From assembly GCA_965214915.1 (NCBI GenBank), contig CBDCCP010000003.1, forward strand, positions 283,081 to 347,080: 64,000 nucleotides of DNA, read 5' to 3'. The notes below the pieces were generated by a model. The model was not told the DNA's origin and ran no database searches. It saw only the letters and a program-made list of their open reading frames with translations. Source of the stretch: Bryobacterales bacterium. GTDB lineage: Bacteria; Acidobacteriota; Terriglobia; Bryobacterales; UBA6623. Position numbers and translations under genes: made by a program. Of the stretch, positions 44,455 through 55,009 are shown piece by piece (position 1 is the first letter of the stretch; each line of letters opens with the position of its first letter).

Positions 44455-46026
44455 CTATTCCGGGGCCGTAATCTGGATGTCGCTGCGAAACTCTTCGGCG
44501 GCTTGGCGCTGCGCGGTTTGGATCTGCCGATAGCGCTCGAGCAGCGGCGCGGCCGCCTCGCGGTTGCCGGCGGCGCGGTACGCCTGCGCGAGTTGATAGA
44601 GCAGGCTGCCGTCGTCGTCGAGCGGCAACGCCTTTTCGAGGTGCGGGACGGCGTCGGCGTCGCGCCCGGCCTGCATGTAGGCGCGTCCCAAGGCGTGATG
44701 CGCCGGCATTAGATCCGGGTCGAGCTTGACTGCTCTGGCCAGCAGCGGCGCCGCCTCTTGCGCCTGTTGGCGGCTGAGCAGGATATCGCCGAGCATGAAC
44801 GGCCACTCGGCCTCCTGCGGAAATTTTTGCAGCAGCGCGCGGATGCGCGGCTCGGCGTCGTCGAATTGGCGGGCTTGATACAGCGCGCCGGCAAGCTCCG
44901 CTTCGAGGTCGGCGTCCGCGGGTTGCAGCGCCAGCGCGGCGGCCCATTGTTGCGCGGCGTCGTCGAATTGGCGCATTTCCTTGTGAACCTCGGCCCGCGC
45001 GATATGCACGGCGGCGGAAGGCGGCATTCCCTCCAGGCGGGCGAAGGCTCTCTCGGCGAGCAGATTGCACGCTTGCGCCGTCCAGTACCCGCCCTCGGCG
45101 CTGTCGAGGCCGGCGGCCGCCCGGCGCAACTCGTCGAGCTTGTCCTGGGCGAAGAGGCATTCGAAACGCTCGGCTTCGCAGTCGATGGCGCCGAGCGCCG
45201 TTTCTTTGGCCTGCTCGGCATCCGCCCATTCGTCCCGTCCGGTGCGGCGGTAGATCTCCGCGATCGCGGCGTGCAGGCCCCGCCGGCCCGGCTTGCGCTC
45301 CAGCGCTTGGCGGTAGAGATAGAACGCGCTGGGGTATTGCTCGGCGCTGAAGCGGATATCGCCGACCAGGCGCAGCATGTAGGCCGATTCGGGCGCGGCC
45401 TCTTCGAGCTTGGCGAAGGCTTGGCGGGCAAGCTCGGCGTAGGCTTTGCCCAGCGCGGCCCAGGCGGCGGGGGAGTCCGGCTCGAGGGCGGCAAGTTTTT
45501 CGAGGTGCGGCAGCGCGCGGCCCGGTTGCTCGAGCGCGGCGTAGGCCGCGCCCAACATGCGCCGCGCGGGCGCGTGCCGGGGGTCGAGCTTGGCCGCCGC
45601 TTCCAGGGCTTTGGCGGCATCGTCGAACTTGCCCAGGCTGAAGTAGCTGCTGCCCAGGAAAAGCTGCGCCGGAAATACGCCGGCGTTTTTGGCGACGGCC
45701 TTGGCGAGCGGCTCGACCGCTTCGGCATGCCGTCCGGCCAGACTGCGCGCCATGCCCAGGTTGACCAGCATGCCGAAGTCGTCGGGCGCCAGCGGATACA
45801 GTTTGCCGTAAAGCTCGGCGGCCTGAGCAAAGCGCCCTTCCGCCATGGCCTGCCGGGCATTTGCGGCCATGACCGCCGGGTTGTCGGTCTGCGCGGCAAG
45901 AACAGCGGCCGCCGACAGGAACAGGAGCGCGAGCCGCGGCCGCGCCGCGCGGGCTAAAGAAAGAAAAAGCGGCTCCCTCCGAGGAGGGAGCCGCTGCAGG
46001 TTGGTTTGCGATCTCGCCGGGGTCAC
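44455..46026 (-). CDS. Tetratricopeptide-repeat protein with signal peptide
   Basis: 523-aa ORF. Signal LALLFLSAAAVLAAQ. It has many 34-aa A..Y/LG.A....G....A...F..AL...P units. Its GTG start overlaps the TBDR stop by 4 nt. Confidence 0.8.
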   Translation of the reverse strand: MTPARSQTNLQRLPPRREPLFLSLARAARPRLALLFLSAAAVLAAQTDNPAVMAANARQAMAEGRFAQAAELYGKLYPLAPDDFGMLVNLGMARSLAGRHAEAVEPLAKAVAKNAGVFPAQLFLGSSYFSLGKFDDAAKALEAAAKLDPRHAPARRMLGAAYAALEQPGRALPHLEKLAALEPDSPAAWAALGKAYAELARQAFAKLEEAAPESAYMLRLVGDIRFSAEQYPSAFYLYRQALERKPGRRGLHAAIAEIYRRTGRDEWADAEQAKETALGAIDCEAERFECLFAQDKLDELRRAAAGLDSAEGGYWTAQACNLLAERAFARLEGMPPSAAVHIARAEVHKEMRQFDDAAQQWAAALALQPADADLEAELAGALYQARQFDDAEPRIRALLQKFPQEAEWPFMLGDILLSRQQAQEAAPLLARAVKLDPDLMPAHHALGRAYMQAGRDADAVPHLEKALPLDDDGSLLYQLAQAYRAAGNREAAAPLLERYRQIQTAQRQAAEEFRSDIQITAPE

Positions 46027-49000
46027 CAGCTAAATCTCAGGCCAAGACGAATTTGCCGGTCGCCGCCGGCGCTGACGACCGCCAGGAAATTGCCTTGAGC
46101 AATGTTGTTCCTCGGGCGGCCGAACTGTGGAGTGTTGGTTAGGTTGAAGAACTCCGCGCGGAGCTGAGCGTTGACCTTTTCGCTGAGCGCCATGTTCTTC
46201 ATGATGCTGAAGTCGAGGTTGGTCACGCCGGGCCGGTTGAGGATGTTTCTGCCGCTCGTGCCGAAGCGCTGCTCGGTGACCGGCGCGAAGGCGTCGGTGT
46301 TGTAGAAGCTCGTCCCCGGCCCGACGGCGCCGATCTTGCGCACTTCGCCGACTTGGTCGGCCGTCTGCAGCGCGCTCGCCGCGTTGAGCGAGGCGCCCGA
46401 CGCGCGGATATCGAAGGGTTGGCCGCTGAGCAGCGCGGCGATGCCGCTGATCTGCCAGCCGCCGAGGACGTGCGAGGCGGCGCCCGTCGTGGCCAGCGCC
46501 TTGCCCTCGCCGATCGGCAGATCGTAAACGAAGCCCATCTGGAACATCTGCGTGCGGTCGAAGCCGGCGCGCGAGCGGTTGCGGTGGAAGACGTCGAGGT
46601 GATCCCAAGCGACGCCCGCCCAGCCCTCGTCGTCGGCCATGCCGATGGCCTTCGAGTAGGTGTAGGCGCCCTTGAGCGAAAGACCCCTCGTGAAGCTGCG
46701 GTTGATGGCCACTTGCAGCGAGTGGTAGTTCGAGTTCAAGTAGCTGTCCCACATGTTGATGTTGACCGCGCGGCCGGTGAGCGAGGCGAACGGCCGGCCG
46801 GCGTTGCCCTCGCCCGGACCCGAGGCGTTGATGTCGCGGTCGGCGAACATGCCGATCGAGGCCGTGCCGACGTAGCCGATGCTGGTAATGATGTCCGCCG
46901 GCAGGCGCCTCTCGATGGTGAAGTTCCACGACTGGGTGTAGCCGCGGTCGATCGTAGCTCCCGGGTACGGGCTACGCAACGAGGCCGTCACAGGCACGTC
47001 GATCGGCTGATTGCTCAGGTCCGGGCCAAACACCGGCGGAATGCCTTCTTCCAACGTGCGGAAAAGCTGGAAGGTCCCAGGCCGCTGGAAGTCGAAGGTC
47101 ACCGTGACCGGGTACTGCCCGCGCAGCGGGCGCGACCAGGGGATCGGGCTGAAGTTCAGGCCGTAACCGGTGCGGATGACCGTTCTGTCGTCGAGGCGGT
47201 AGGCGAGGCCGAAGCGCGGCGAGAACAGCTTGTTGCTCACCGACAGGCCGTTGGCCGTGGGGATGCCGCCCAGTCCGCCGACGGTCATCGTGTTGGTCTG
47301 CGCGTCGTACACCTCGATGCCTACGCCGTCGTCGCGCTGCATCAACGGGTAGTTTTCGTAGCGCAGTCCGAAATTGAGCGTCAGCTTGTCGGTAGCCGAC
47401 CAGCGGTCGGTCACGTAGAAAGCGAACTGCTTCTCGCGTCCGGTGGCGATGATGTGCTGCAGCGCCTTGCGCACGCGGCTGGTCTGGCCCAGCAGGAACG
47501 CGGCGTACGTATTGAACTGATTGTCCCCGGCGCCGCCTTTGAGGGCGGTCATGTCGCCGTCAAAGTGGATGTTGCCGCGCGGGCCGCCACCCAGCTCGGG
47601 CTGCCAGTGATTCAGGGTCAGCAAGATGAAGTCGAAGCCGAAACGAATCTGGTGCCTGTCTTTGATCCAGGTGAAGTTCTGGCTGGTGGTCCAGTTCTGC
47701 TCGATGCGCTCCAGCGGCTGCCAGCCGGGCGAGCCGAAAGCCGTATAGCCCGGTCGGATGTTGGGAAAGCCTTTCTGCCGCGGGTCGTCTCCGCCGACCC
47801 CGGGGATACCGAGATCGAAGTCCTTGCCGAAATCGAGCGGCAGCACGTCCTGATCCTGCCGCCAGAAGCCGACTACGCCGTCGTAGAGAAACGTTGGCGA
47901 GAAGGTGTAGTTGTGGCCGATGGTGAACAGGTTGACGTGCGTGTTGGCGTTACCCGGGCTGCCGCCGGGCGCCGGGCCGCCCGCCTCGCCGAAGATTGCC
48001 GTGCCCGAGACCGGCGCCAGCATGTTGGAGTACTTGCCCCAGATCCGATACTTGTCGCTGTGGTTGTAGTTGATCTTGGGGTCGATCTGCTGGCGGGCGA
48101 AGGGCGGCGCGCCGGCGGAGTGGAAGTTGTTGTTCGTGCCCGGCTGGTTCGGCTGCGGGTAGAAGTCCTGCACCCGCCTCGCGATCGGGCTTTGCCGGCT
48201 CATGGGAACCGTTGCGTTGGGGAACGGCGTGCGGTCCGTGGCGAACGCTGGGTCGGAGGTGTCTTGCACGCCCGAAAAGGGGTCGAAGATATCCGTATCG
48301 TAGGCGCTGAAGTCGCCCGCGCGCTGGTCGTTGGTCGGCACTTCGTCTCCGGTGCGTACGCCGGCCACGCGCTGCGTGGTCTTGTCGTAGCCGAAGAAGT
48401 AGAACACCTTGTTGCGCACGATCGGGCCGCCCAAGGTGCCGCCGAAGTTGTTGTAGTTGCTGACCGGCTTGGTGAACGAGAAGAAGTTGCGGGCGCGCCA
48501 GCGTTGGTTGTTGTGGAACCAGAAGGCCGAGCCGTGCAGCTCGTTCGTTCCCGATTTGGTGACGACGGTGGTCGAAGCGCCGCCGGCCAGCCCCTGCTCG
48601 GCTTCGCCCGATCCGGTGGTGATGTTGACCGTCTCGACCGTGTCGGCGGGGGCGACGTAACCGGCGTGGTGCGGCAGCCAGACGTTGATGCTGGCCGCGC
48701 CGTCGATGCGCGTCACGTTGTTGTTGCGGTTCGTGCCGTTGATGTTCGTGCTCAGCGAGCGCGCGGGCGTGTCGAGAATCGAGTTCTGAAAACGCGCCGG
48801 CGTCGCGCCGGGCACCAGGTTCACCAGAGTCTGGTAGTTGCGGAAGCCGGGCAGCGGCAGTTGGCTCACGGCCGCCGAAGTGATCTCCGCGCTGGTGGTG
48901 GCCTTTTCGGTCTGCAAGCGGGCGGCCGTGGCCTCGACGGTGATCTGCTCGGTCACTTGACCGATCTGCATGTTCGCGTCCACGCGGGTGACGGTGTTCA

Positions 49001-49310
49001 CCGTCACGGTGACGCCCTCGGAAATAAACGTGCTGAACCCTTCCGCGCCGACGGTCACGTCGTAGCTGCCGGCTTGCACGGTGACGAAGCGGTAAAGACC
49101 GTCCTCGGTTGTCGACCCTTCCTGGCTGTCGCCGGTGGCCGTGTTCATGATGGCGACCGTCGCGCCGGGAATCGACGCGCCGCTCTCATCGGAGACGTTG
49201 CCGACAATCGACCCGTAGAGAACCTGCGCGTCGGCTGTCGGAACGAAAACGGAGATCAGGCAAAGCGAGATGCCCAAATTGCACAAACACAAAAGTTTCT
49301 TGAGTTTCAT
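46023..49310 (-). CDS. TonB-dependent receptor with N-terminal carboxypeptidase-regulatory-like domain
   Basis: 1,095-aa ORF. Has a signal peptide, then QVLYGSIVGNVSDESGASIPGATVAIMNTATGD..YRF..V.AGSY.V (CarboxypepD_reg-like). A plug and beta-barrel follow, and the protein ends in ...RQIRLGLRFSW, an aromatic terminal residue. Confidence 0.88.
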   Translation of the reverse strand: MKLKKLLCLCNLGISLCLISVFVPTADAQVLYGSIVGNVSDESGASIPGATVAIMNTATGDSQEGSTTEDGLYRFVTVQAGSYDVTVGAEGFSTFISEGVTVTVNTVTRVDANMQIGQVTEQITVEATAARLQTEKATTSAEITSAAVSQLPLPGFRNYQTLVNLVPGATPARFQNSILDTPARSLSTNINGTNRNNNVTRIDGAASINVWLPHHAGYVAPADTVETVNITTGSGEAEQGLAGGASTTVVTKSGTNELHGSAFWFHNNQRWRARNFFSFTKPVSNYNNFGGTLGGPIVRNKVFYFFGYDKTTQRVAGVRTGDEVPTNDQRAGDFSAYDTDIFDPFSGVQDTSDPAFATDRTPFPNATVPMSRQSPIARRVQDFYPQPNQPGTNNNFHSAGAPPFARQQIDPKINYNHSDKYRIWGKYSNMLAPVSGTAIFGEAGGPAPGGSPGNANTHVNLFTIGHNYTFSPTFLYDGVVGFWRQDQDVLPLDFGKDFDLGIPGVGGDDPRQKGFPNIRPGYTAFGSPGWQPLERIEQNWTTSQNFTWIKDRHQIRFGFDFILLTLNHWQPELGGGPRGNIHFDGDMTALKGGAGDNQFNTYAAFLLGQTSRVRKALQHIIATGREKQFAFYVTDRWSATDKLTLNFGLRYENYPLMQRDDGVGIEVYDAQTNTMTVGGLGGIPTANGLSVSNKLFSPRFGLAYRLDDRTVIRTGYGLNFSPIPWSRPLRGQYPVTVTFDFQRPGTFQLFRTLEEGIPPVFGPDLSNQPIDVPVTASLRSPYPGATIDRGYTQSWNFTIERRLPADIITSIGYVGTASIGMFADRDINASGPGEGNAGRPFASLTGRAVNINMWDSYLNSNYHSLQVAINRSFTRGLSLKGAYTYSKAIGMADDEGWAGVAWDHLDVFHRNRSRAGFDRTQMFQMGFVYDLPIGEGKALATTGAASHVLGGWQISGIAALLSGQPFDIRASGASLNAASALQTADQVGEVRKIGAVGPGTSFYNTDAFAPVTEQRFGTSGRNILNRPGVTNLDFSIMKNMALSEKVNAQLRAEFFNLTNTPQFGRPRNNIAQGNFLAVVSAGGDRQIRLGLRFSW

Positions 49311-49409
49311 GGGAATACCCCAAAAGTCCTTTCTGCTTTCGATTCAAGCATAAGCGGGGGCGCGCTGTCAATCGTGTGTGCGGCCCCCATCTGTGCTAAC
49401 ATTGCAACG

Positions 49410-50675
49410 ATGAATCGGCCTGATCGCCGCAAGTTTCTGCGGGGAGTCGGCTGTAGTCTCGCGCTGCCCATGCTGGAGGCGTTCGCGCCGCGCCGCGCCC
49501 GCGGCGGGCAGGCGGCGGACAAGCGGCCGCAGCGGCTGGTCTGCGCGGGAACCTATCTCGGCTTCCATCAGCCCAATTTCTTTCCGGCGCGAACCGGTCG
49601 GGATTACGAGATGTCGCCGGTCTTGCAGCCGCTGCGCTCGTTCCGCGGCGAGATGACCGTTTTTTCCGGCTTGGACCATCGCGGCAGGAACGGGCATCTG
49701 GGCTGGAAAGCCTGGATGAGCGGCTCGGCTTCCGGCAGCGTGTCGCTGGACCAGATTGTCGCTGCGAAGGTCGGCGAGCAGACCCGCTTCGATTCCCTGC
49801 AGGTGACTTGCGGCAAGCCGCCCGGCGACGCCAGGCTCAGCTTTACCCCGGAGGGCGTGGCGCTGCCGATGATCGGCCGGCCGAGTGTGCTCTACCGCGC
49901 TTTGTTCGGCTCCGCGGCCGACAAGGCGCGCATGGATTACCTGCTCGCCGGCAACCGCAGCGTCCTCGACGGCGTCATGGAAGAGGCCCGGGGCCTGGAG
50001 CGGCGCCTCGGCGGCAAAGACCGCGAGAAGCTCGGCGAATACTTCGCCTCGGTTCGCGGCGTGGAAAAGAAGCTCCAAAAGCAGCGCGCGTGGCTCGACA
50101 AGCCGACGCCCAAGGTCGATTATCCGTTGCCGGAGTTCGATCCGGTGGCGCCGGACTTGGCGCTGGAGTGCGAGTCGATCATGTACGACCTGATGGCGCT
50201 CGCGCTGACCACCGACTCCACGCGCGTGCTGACTTTCCTGATTCCGGGCTGGAGCCAGGTTTTCACCATCGGCGGCCGCCGGCTGAGCGCGGGTTACCAC
50301 GGCCTGTCGCATCACGGCAACGACCCCGCGAAAATCGCCGAATACAATCTGGTGGGAACCGAGCACGTCAAACGGTTCGGCGCCTTCCTGGAGCGGCTGC
50401 GGTCGAGCAGGGACGCCGAGGACCGGCCGCTGCTCGACAGCACGGTCGTCGTCTTCGGCAGCGGCATGGGCAACGCCAATACGCACGACAACAGCAATCT
50501 GCCGACGGTGGTCGCGGGCGGCGGCTTCCGCCACGGCGCGCACCGCAAAATCGAGCGCGGCGGCCCTGCTCCGCGGCTGCTGGGCGACCTCTATCTCACC
50601 TTGCTGCAGCAATTCGGCGTCGAGATCGAGCGCTTCGCCGGCGCCGCGAGCAACATGAACGAATATCTGACGTAG
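49410..50675 (+). CDS. DUF1552-domain protein with Tat signal
   Basis: Internal ATG 49410 of ORF 46353..50675. Starts MNRPDRRKFLRGVGCSLALPMLEAF. Contains HH...GLDH, SLDQ, HGLSHH, and NLPTVVAGGGFRHG at the C-terminal end, the usual DUF1552 pattern as I recall it. Confidence 0.8.
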   Translation: MNRPDRRKFLRGVGCSLALPMLEAFAPRRARGGQAADKRPQRLVCAGTYLGFHQPNFFPARTGRDYEMSPVLQPLRSFRGEMTVFSGLDHRGRNGHLGWKAWMSGSASGSVSLDQIVAAKVGEQTRFDSLQVTCGKPPGDARLSFTPEGVALPMIGRPSVLYRALFGSAADKARMDYLLAGNRSVLDGVMEEARGLERRLGGKDREKLGEYFASVRGVEKKLQKQRAWLDKPTPKVDYPLPEFDPVAPDLALECESIMYDLMALALTTDSTRVLTFLIPGWSQVFTIGGRRLSAGYHGLSHHGNDPAKIAEYNLVGTEHVKRFGAFLERLRSSRDAEDRPLLDSTVVVFGSGMGNANTHDNSNLPTVVAGGGFRHGAHRKIERGGPAPRLLGDLYLTLLQQFGVEIERFAGAASNMNEYLT

Positions 50676-50691
50676 GGGAGGATCGGCGTCC

Positions 50692-53322
50692 ATGCCGCTT
50701 TTTCTGGTTGTCGCCGCGGCGTTGGCCGCCGCGCCGCTCCGGGGCGCGGAACCGCTTCCCCCAGCCGCGCGGCGGTTCCTGGAGCGGCACTGCGCCGCCT
50801 GCCATTCCGGCGCGGCGGCGCAGGCCGGCGTCCGCCTCGACGCGGCCGCGGTGGACTGGCGGGAGCGCGGGGCGGCGGCCCATTGGGAGCGCGTTTACAA
50901 CGCCCTCGCCGGCGGCGCGATGCCGCCGCCGGGCGCGGAACGGCCGCCGGCGGCGGAACGGAAGCGGATGGTTGCCTGGCTCGACGGCCGGCTGATGGAA
51001 CATTCAGGCATCGGCGGCGCGGTTCCCCGCCGGCTCAACCGCGGGGAATACGAGAACACGATCCGCGATTTGTTCGACATCCCCGCGTTCCAACTCCCGG
51101 ACGCCTTTCCCGCCGACGACTCGGCGCACGGTTTCGACAACGTTGCGGAAGGACTGATCCTCTCGCCGCCGCTGATGGCCCAGTTTCTGGAGACGGCGAC
51201 CCGCGTAGCGGATGAGGTTTTTCCGCCTGCCAGCGGTCCGCTTGCCGTTGAGAGCAAGCAGTATCCGCTGGGCGCTGCCGGCTTGGCCACGAGCGAGGGC
51301 GGGAAAGCCGCCGCCGGCCGCTATCGGCTGGTGTCGTCACGGAACATGGCCAGCGCGGCCGCTTGGCCGGCGCGCTTCGAGGCAGCCGCAAGCGGCGTCT
51401 ATCGCCTGTCCGTCGACGCCTCGGTTTTTCAAACGGACAAGATGTTCTACCCGCGGCGGCGCGCGCCGCTGCGCCTGGGGGTTTACGCAAAACCGAAGAC
51501 GGAGCAGGTTTACGATCCCTTCGGCAAGATTCGCAAGCTCGCCGAGCTCGACGTGCCGCCCGACCGCGCCGCGCCGCTGTCTCTGAGCGCCGACATCGAG
51601 CTTTTCAAAGGCGAAATTTTCGGGCTGCGCTGGGAGAACGGCCCGGCCTACTCCGACCCGCCGAGGCGGGAGTATTCCACAACGTTTCTGGCGGAGCGAC
51701 TCAAGGCCGACCGGCTTTACTACGCGGCGATGCTCGCCTACGGCGGCGGCCCCCGCGGCGCGACGCAAGAGCAGCGCTACGAAGCCGTCACGGCGCTGAT
51801 GGCAAGCGGCGAGCTCGACCTGAACGACCCGCGCCTCGACAAAATGCCGGAGCGCTGGGGAGGCGGCTTGGCCGACGCCCCGCACAACTGGATCAAGGGG
51901 TTCGTACACGAAGAGCTCTATCGCTTCGGCCCGGCGCTCGATCTGACGGACGTGGCCGTCGAAGGGCCGCTGCGGCCGATCGAAGACGACGAGACGCGCG
52001 CCCGAAAAGCCCGCGCGCGGCGCTTCCTGGGGACGCGGGCGGCAGGCGCCTCCGACCGCGATTACGCGCAAGCCATCCTGCGCCGCTTTCTCTCCCGAGC
52101 CTTCCGCCGGCCTGCGAGCGAGGCGCAAGTCGATGCTTATACGGAGCTTGCCATGCAGGCGGAGAACCTGGAGGCCGGGCTGCACCTGGCGGTTCGGCGG
52201 GCGCTCGTATCGCCCCGCTTCCTGTATCGGGGGCTGCGCCCCGGCCGCCTCGACGACTTCGATCTGGCGAGCCGTCTGAGCTATTTCCTGACCTCTTCTC
52301 CGCCCGACGCCCGCCTGACGGCCGCGGCCCGTGAGGGAAAACTGTCCGACTCGGACGTTCTCGAGCGCGAAACGCTGCGGCTGCTCGACAGCCTGAAGAG
52401 CCGAAACTTCATCCGCAACTTCACCGGCCAGTGGCTGGGAACGCGCCTGCTGCAAGACATCATGCCCGATCCGCGGCTGCTCAAGTTCATCGACCACGAC
52501 CGCCGGGCGATGATCGACGAAGCGGAGCTGTTCTTCGCCGAGATCGTCAGCGAAAACCACCCCGTGGAAACCTTCATCGATCCCGGCTTCAGCTACCGCA
52601 GCGCCCGCCTGAACAAGATATACGGCGGCGATTTGCAAGGCAACGACATGCGCCGGGTCGCCTTCGCCCGCGGCGGCCGGCACGGCGGGATTCTGGGGCT
52701 GGCGGCGGTGATGATGGCCACGGCCAACGGGGTCGACACCCACCCCGTCGAGCGCGGGGTGTGGCTGCTGGAAAACGTATTCGGCGCGCCGCCGCCCGAT
52801 CCGCCGCCCAATGTGCCCGCGATCGCGCCCGACACCAGCGGCGCAACGTCCATGCGCGACCAGCTCAATCGCCACCGTAGCGACCCGAGCTGCGCGAGTT
52901 GCCACAAGCGGATCGACCCGCTGGGCATGGTCATGGAGAACTTCGATCCGGTCGGCCGCTGGCGCGATAACTATCCCCGCTATATCCAGCCGCCCGACGG
53001 CGCCGAGGCGCTGAAGGAAGAGTTCTACTCCTCCATCGGCCGGGGCGTGGCCGTCGGTCCGCCCGTGGACGCGGCCGGCGTCATGCCCGACGGCGTCCGG
53101 CTCGAGAACGTCACCGATCTCAAGCGCTATGTCCTCGACCGCCTCGACATGTTCTCGCGCTGCCTGACGGAAAAGCTGCTGATCTACGCCGCCGGGCGTC
53201 CGCTGACCTACGGCGACCGCAGAGTTGTCGAGCGGATTGTCGCCGATATGGAAACCCGCAGGCAGGGCTTCCGCGATCTGATCGCGGCGGTCGTCTTGAG
53301 CGAGTCCTTCCGCACCCGGTAG
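50692..53322 (+). CDS. DUF1587/DUF1592/DUF1595/DUF1588/DUF1585-type protein with N-terminal CxxCH
   Basis: 876-aa ORF. Has a signal peptide, CAACH, RRLNRGEYENTIRDLF, FDN.AE.L..SP.L...Y, and C-terminal C.SCH..IDP.G...ENFD..G.WR. It is the typical partner of DUF1552 genes. Confidence 0.8.
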   Translation: MPLFLVVAAALAAAPLRGAEPLPPAARRFLERHCAACHSGAAAQAGVRLDAAAVDWRERGAAAHWERVYNALAGGAMPPPGAERPPAAERKRMVAWLDGRLMEHSGIGGAVPRRLNRGEYENTIRDLFDIPAFQLPDAFPADDSAHGFDNVAEGLILSPPLMAQFLETATRVADEVFPPASGPLAVESKQYPLGAAGLATSEGGKAAAGRYRLVSSRNMASAAAWPARFEAAASGVYRLSVDASVFQTDKMFYPRRRAPLRLGVYAKPKTEQVYDPFGKIRKLAELDVPPDRAAPLSLSADIELFKGEIFGLRWENGPAYSDPPRREYSTTFLAERLKADRLYYAAMLAYGGGPRGATQEQRYEAVTALMASGELDLNDPRLDKMPERWGGGLADAPHNWIKGFVHEELYRFGPALDLTDVAVEGPLRPIEDDETRARKARARRFLGTRAAGASDRDYAQAILRRFLSRAFRRPASEAQVDAYTELAMQAENLEAGLHLAVRRALVSPRFLYRGLRPGRLDDFDLASRLSYFLTSSPPDARLTAAAREGKLSDSDVLERETLRLLDSLKSRNFIRNFTGQWLGTRLLQDIMPDPRLLKFIDHDRRAMIDEAELFFAEIVSENHPVETFIDPGFSYRSARLNKIYGGDLQGNDMRRVAFARGGRHGGILGLAAVMMATANGVDTHPVERGVWLLENVFGAPPPDPPPNVPAIAPDTSGATSMRDQLNRHRSDPSCASCHKRIDPLGMVMENFDPVGRWRDNYPRYIQPPDGAEALKEEFYSSIGRGVAVGPPVDAAGVMPDGVRLENVTDLKRYVLDRLDMFSRCLTEKLLIYAAGRPLTYGDRRVVERIVADMETRRQGFRDLIAAVVLSESFRTR

Positions 53323-53408
53323 CCGCGCAAGCCGCGCCGGCGGCCCCAGCTATTACCCAACTATTACATTGCGGCCGCTCCGCCTTTGCGGTTCGGTTGT
53401 TACGGTGA

Positions 53409-54332
53409 ATGGCTAGGCAATTTTTCAGCCCGGCAGGCAGGAGACGAAGCATAGTGAGCGACCCTCGGCAAGCATTGGATTTCGGCGACAGAACCGCCCT
53501 GAACACGGTCACCTTCATAGCGCTGGTCTTTTTTCATATCGGCGCGGTTGCGGCGCTGTTCTTCTTCAGTTGGACCAATCTGTTGGCCGCCGCGGCGGTC
53601 TATTGGGTCGCCCTCAGTTGGGGCATCGGGATGGGCTATCACCGCCTGCATACCCATCGCGGCTACAAGACGCCGAAGTGGCTGGAGCGCTTCCTGGCGG
53701 TTTGCGGCACGCTGGCTCTCGAAGGCGGGCCGATCTACTGGGTGGCTACGCACCGCTGCCACCATCAGCACTCGGACACCGACCGCGATCCGCATACGCC
53801 GCGGCACGGCGGCTTCTGGGCGCATATGGGCTGGATCATGTTCGGCAAGACGCTGCACAATAACACCAAGCTGCTCGGCAAATACGCCCCCGACCTGCAA
53901 AAGGAAAAATTCTATCGCGTGCTCAATGAATGGCATTGGGTTCCGCTGACCCTTTCGGGCTTCGCCTTCCTGGCCTTCGGCGGTTTGGGGATGATGCTCT
54001 GGGCGGTTCCCTTGCGCGTCGTGGTCGGGCTGCATGCGACATGGCTGGTGAACTCGGCGACGCACATGTGGGGCGGTCGGCGCTTCGCGACGACCGACGA
54101 TTCGCGCAATCTCTGGTGGGTCGCGCTGCTGACCTTCGGCGAAGGCTGGCACAACAACCATCATGCGCATCCGGTATCGGCGCGCCACGGCATGGCCTGG
54201 TACGAGCTCGACCTGGGTTATCTGCAAATCCGCCTGCTCGAAATCCTGGGCCTGGCGCGTAACGTCTATGCGCCGGAGTTGAAAGACCTGGAAAGCTCGG
54301 CGGAGCCGAGCACGCTCAAGCTGGCCGCTTAG
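53409..54332 (+). CDS. Membrane acyl-CoA/acyl-lipid (delta-9-type) fatty acid desaturase
   Basis: 307-aa ORF with three His boxes (HRLHTH, HRCHHQHSD, HNNHHAH) and hydrophobic segments. Confidence 0.88.
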   Translation: MARQFFSPAGRRRSIVSDPRQALDFGDRTALNTVTFIALVFFHIGAVAALFFFSWTNLLAAAAVYWVALSWGIGMGYHRLHTHRGYKTPKWLERFLAVCGTLALEGGPIYWVATHRCHHQHSDTDRDPHTPRHGGFWAHMGWIMFGKTLHNNTKLLGKYAPDLQKEKFYRVLNEWHWVPLTLSGFAFLAFGGLGMMLWAVPLRVVVGLHATWLVNSATHMWGGRRFATTDDSRNLWWVALLTFGEGWHNNHHAHPVSARHGMAWYELDLGYLQIRLLEILGLARNVYAPELKDLESSAEPSTLKLAA

Positions 54333-54519
54333 CCCGCGGCGCGGCCGGGGGATAGCGGAGAGCAAGACCGTCGCCCGCGGGGCTTCCCGCCGCGGGCGGG
54401 CCGGCGGTGTTGGGCAAAGCACGTCGCCGCAGGCGCCGGGCGCCGCGAATCTGTCACAATACGGTAAAGCGCCCTCGGTTTTGCCGCGGGCGCCTCTGAA
54501 AACCAGGGGAGGGCGACCA

Positions 54520-54738
54520 TTGGCAAGTCGATCGAATACAAGATTTCAGAAGCGGCAAAAAGAACTGGCCCGTGCGAACAGGCGCCGCGACAAAGACGAG
54601 AAAAAACAGCAGCGCAGAGCCGTGAAAGGCAATGATGGAGACGGCCCCCCGATCGAAGCCATGGACCCCGCGGATCTGGGCCTGACTCCGCTCGAAGAAG
54701 AGGAGGAATCGACCGGAGCGGTCAATTCCGGGACGTAG
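54520..54738 (+). CDS. Small highly charged hypothetical protein (~72 aa)
   Basis: Lies in ORF 54481..54738. TTG 54520 is preceded by GGGGAGGG. Sequence: (M)ASRSNTRFQKRQKELARANRRRDKDEKKQQRRAVKGNDGDGPPIEAMDPADLGLTPLEEEEE. Coding status is uncertain. Confidence 0.35.
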   Translation: MASRSNTRFQKRQKELARANRRRDKDEKKQQRRAVKGNDGDGPPIEAMDPADLGLTPLEEEEESTGAVNSGT

Positions 54739-54952
54739 CAGCCCGCGGCAAAAGTCACGCGGGCGGCGTTACGCGCCTTAGGGCCAATCCGGTATCGCGC
54801 ACGGGCTAAAGGAAATTCGGCGCTGCGCGCTTGGCTGGGCCGGCCGGCAGCGGCGCGTAACCCTTTCGGGCGGCGGATATTTGCGGCCGTCGACTTCGTC
54901 GTTCGTCGGAGGCGATCAACCCGGATCGCCATCCTCCTCACTCCTCGCCGAA

Positions 54953-54990
54953 CCGCTTGCGCGGGCCGGTAAAACACCGCAGGAGCCCGC
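54953..54990. repeat. Inverted repeat, left arm (38 bp, 1 mismatch)
   Basis: ccgcttgcgcgggccggtaaaacaccgcaggaGcccgc. Its reverse complement occurs at 57433-57470. Similarity resumes after a 25-bp indel (cgcggactg), overlapping the stop of the 55010.. gene. Confidence 0.85.
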
Positions 54991-55009
54991 TGCGCCTTCC
55001 ACGGGACCT

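Noticed and set aside
46353-49409. First ~1,019 codons of the 1,440-aa plus-strand ORF
   Set aside because: This part is antisense to the TonB-dependent receptor. Only the last 421 codons, from ATG 49410, look like a real protein (DUF1552 type with Tat signal).
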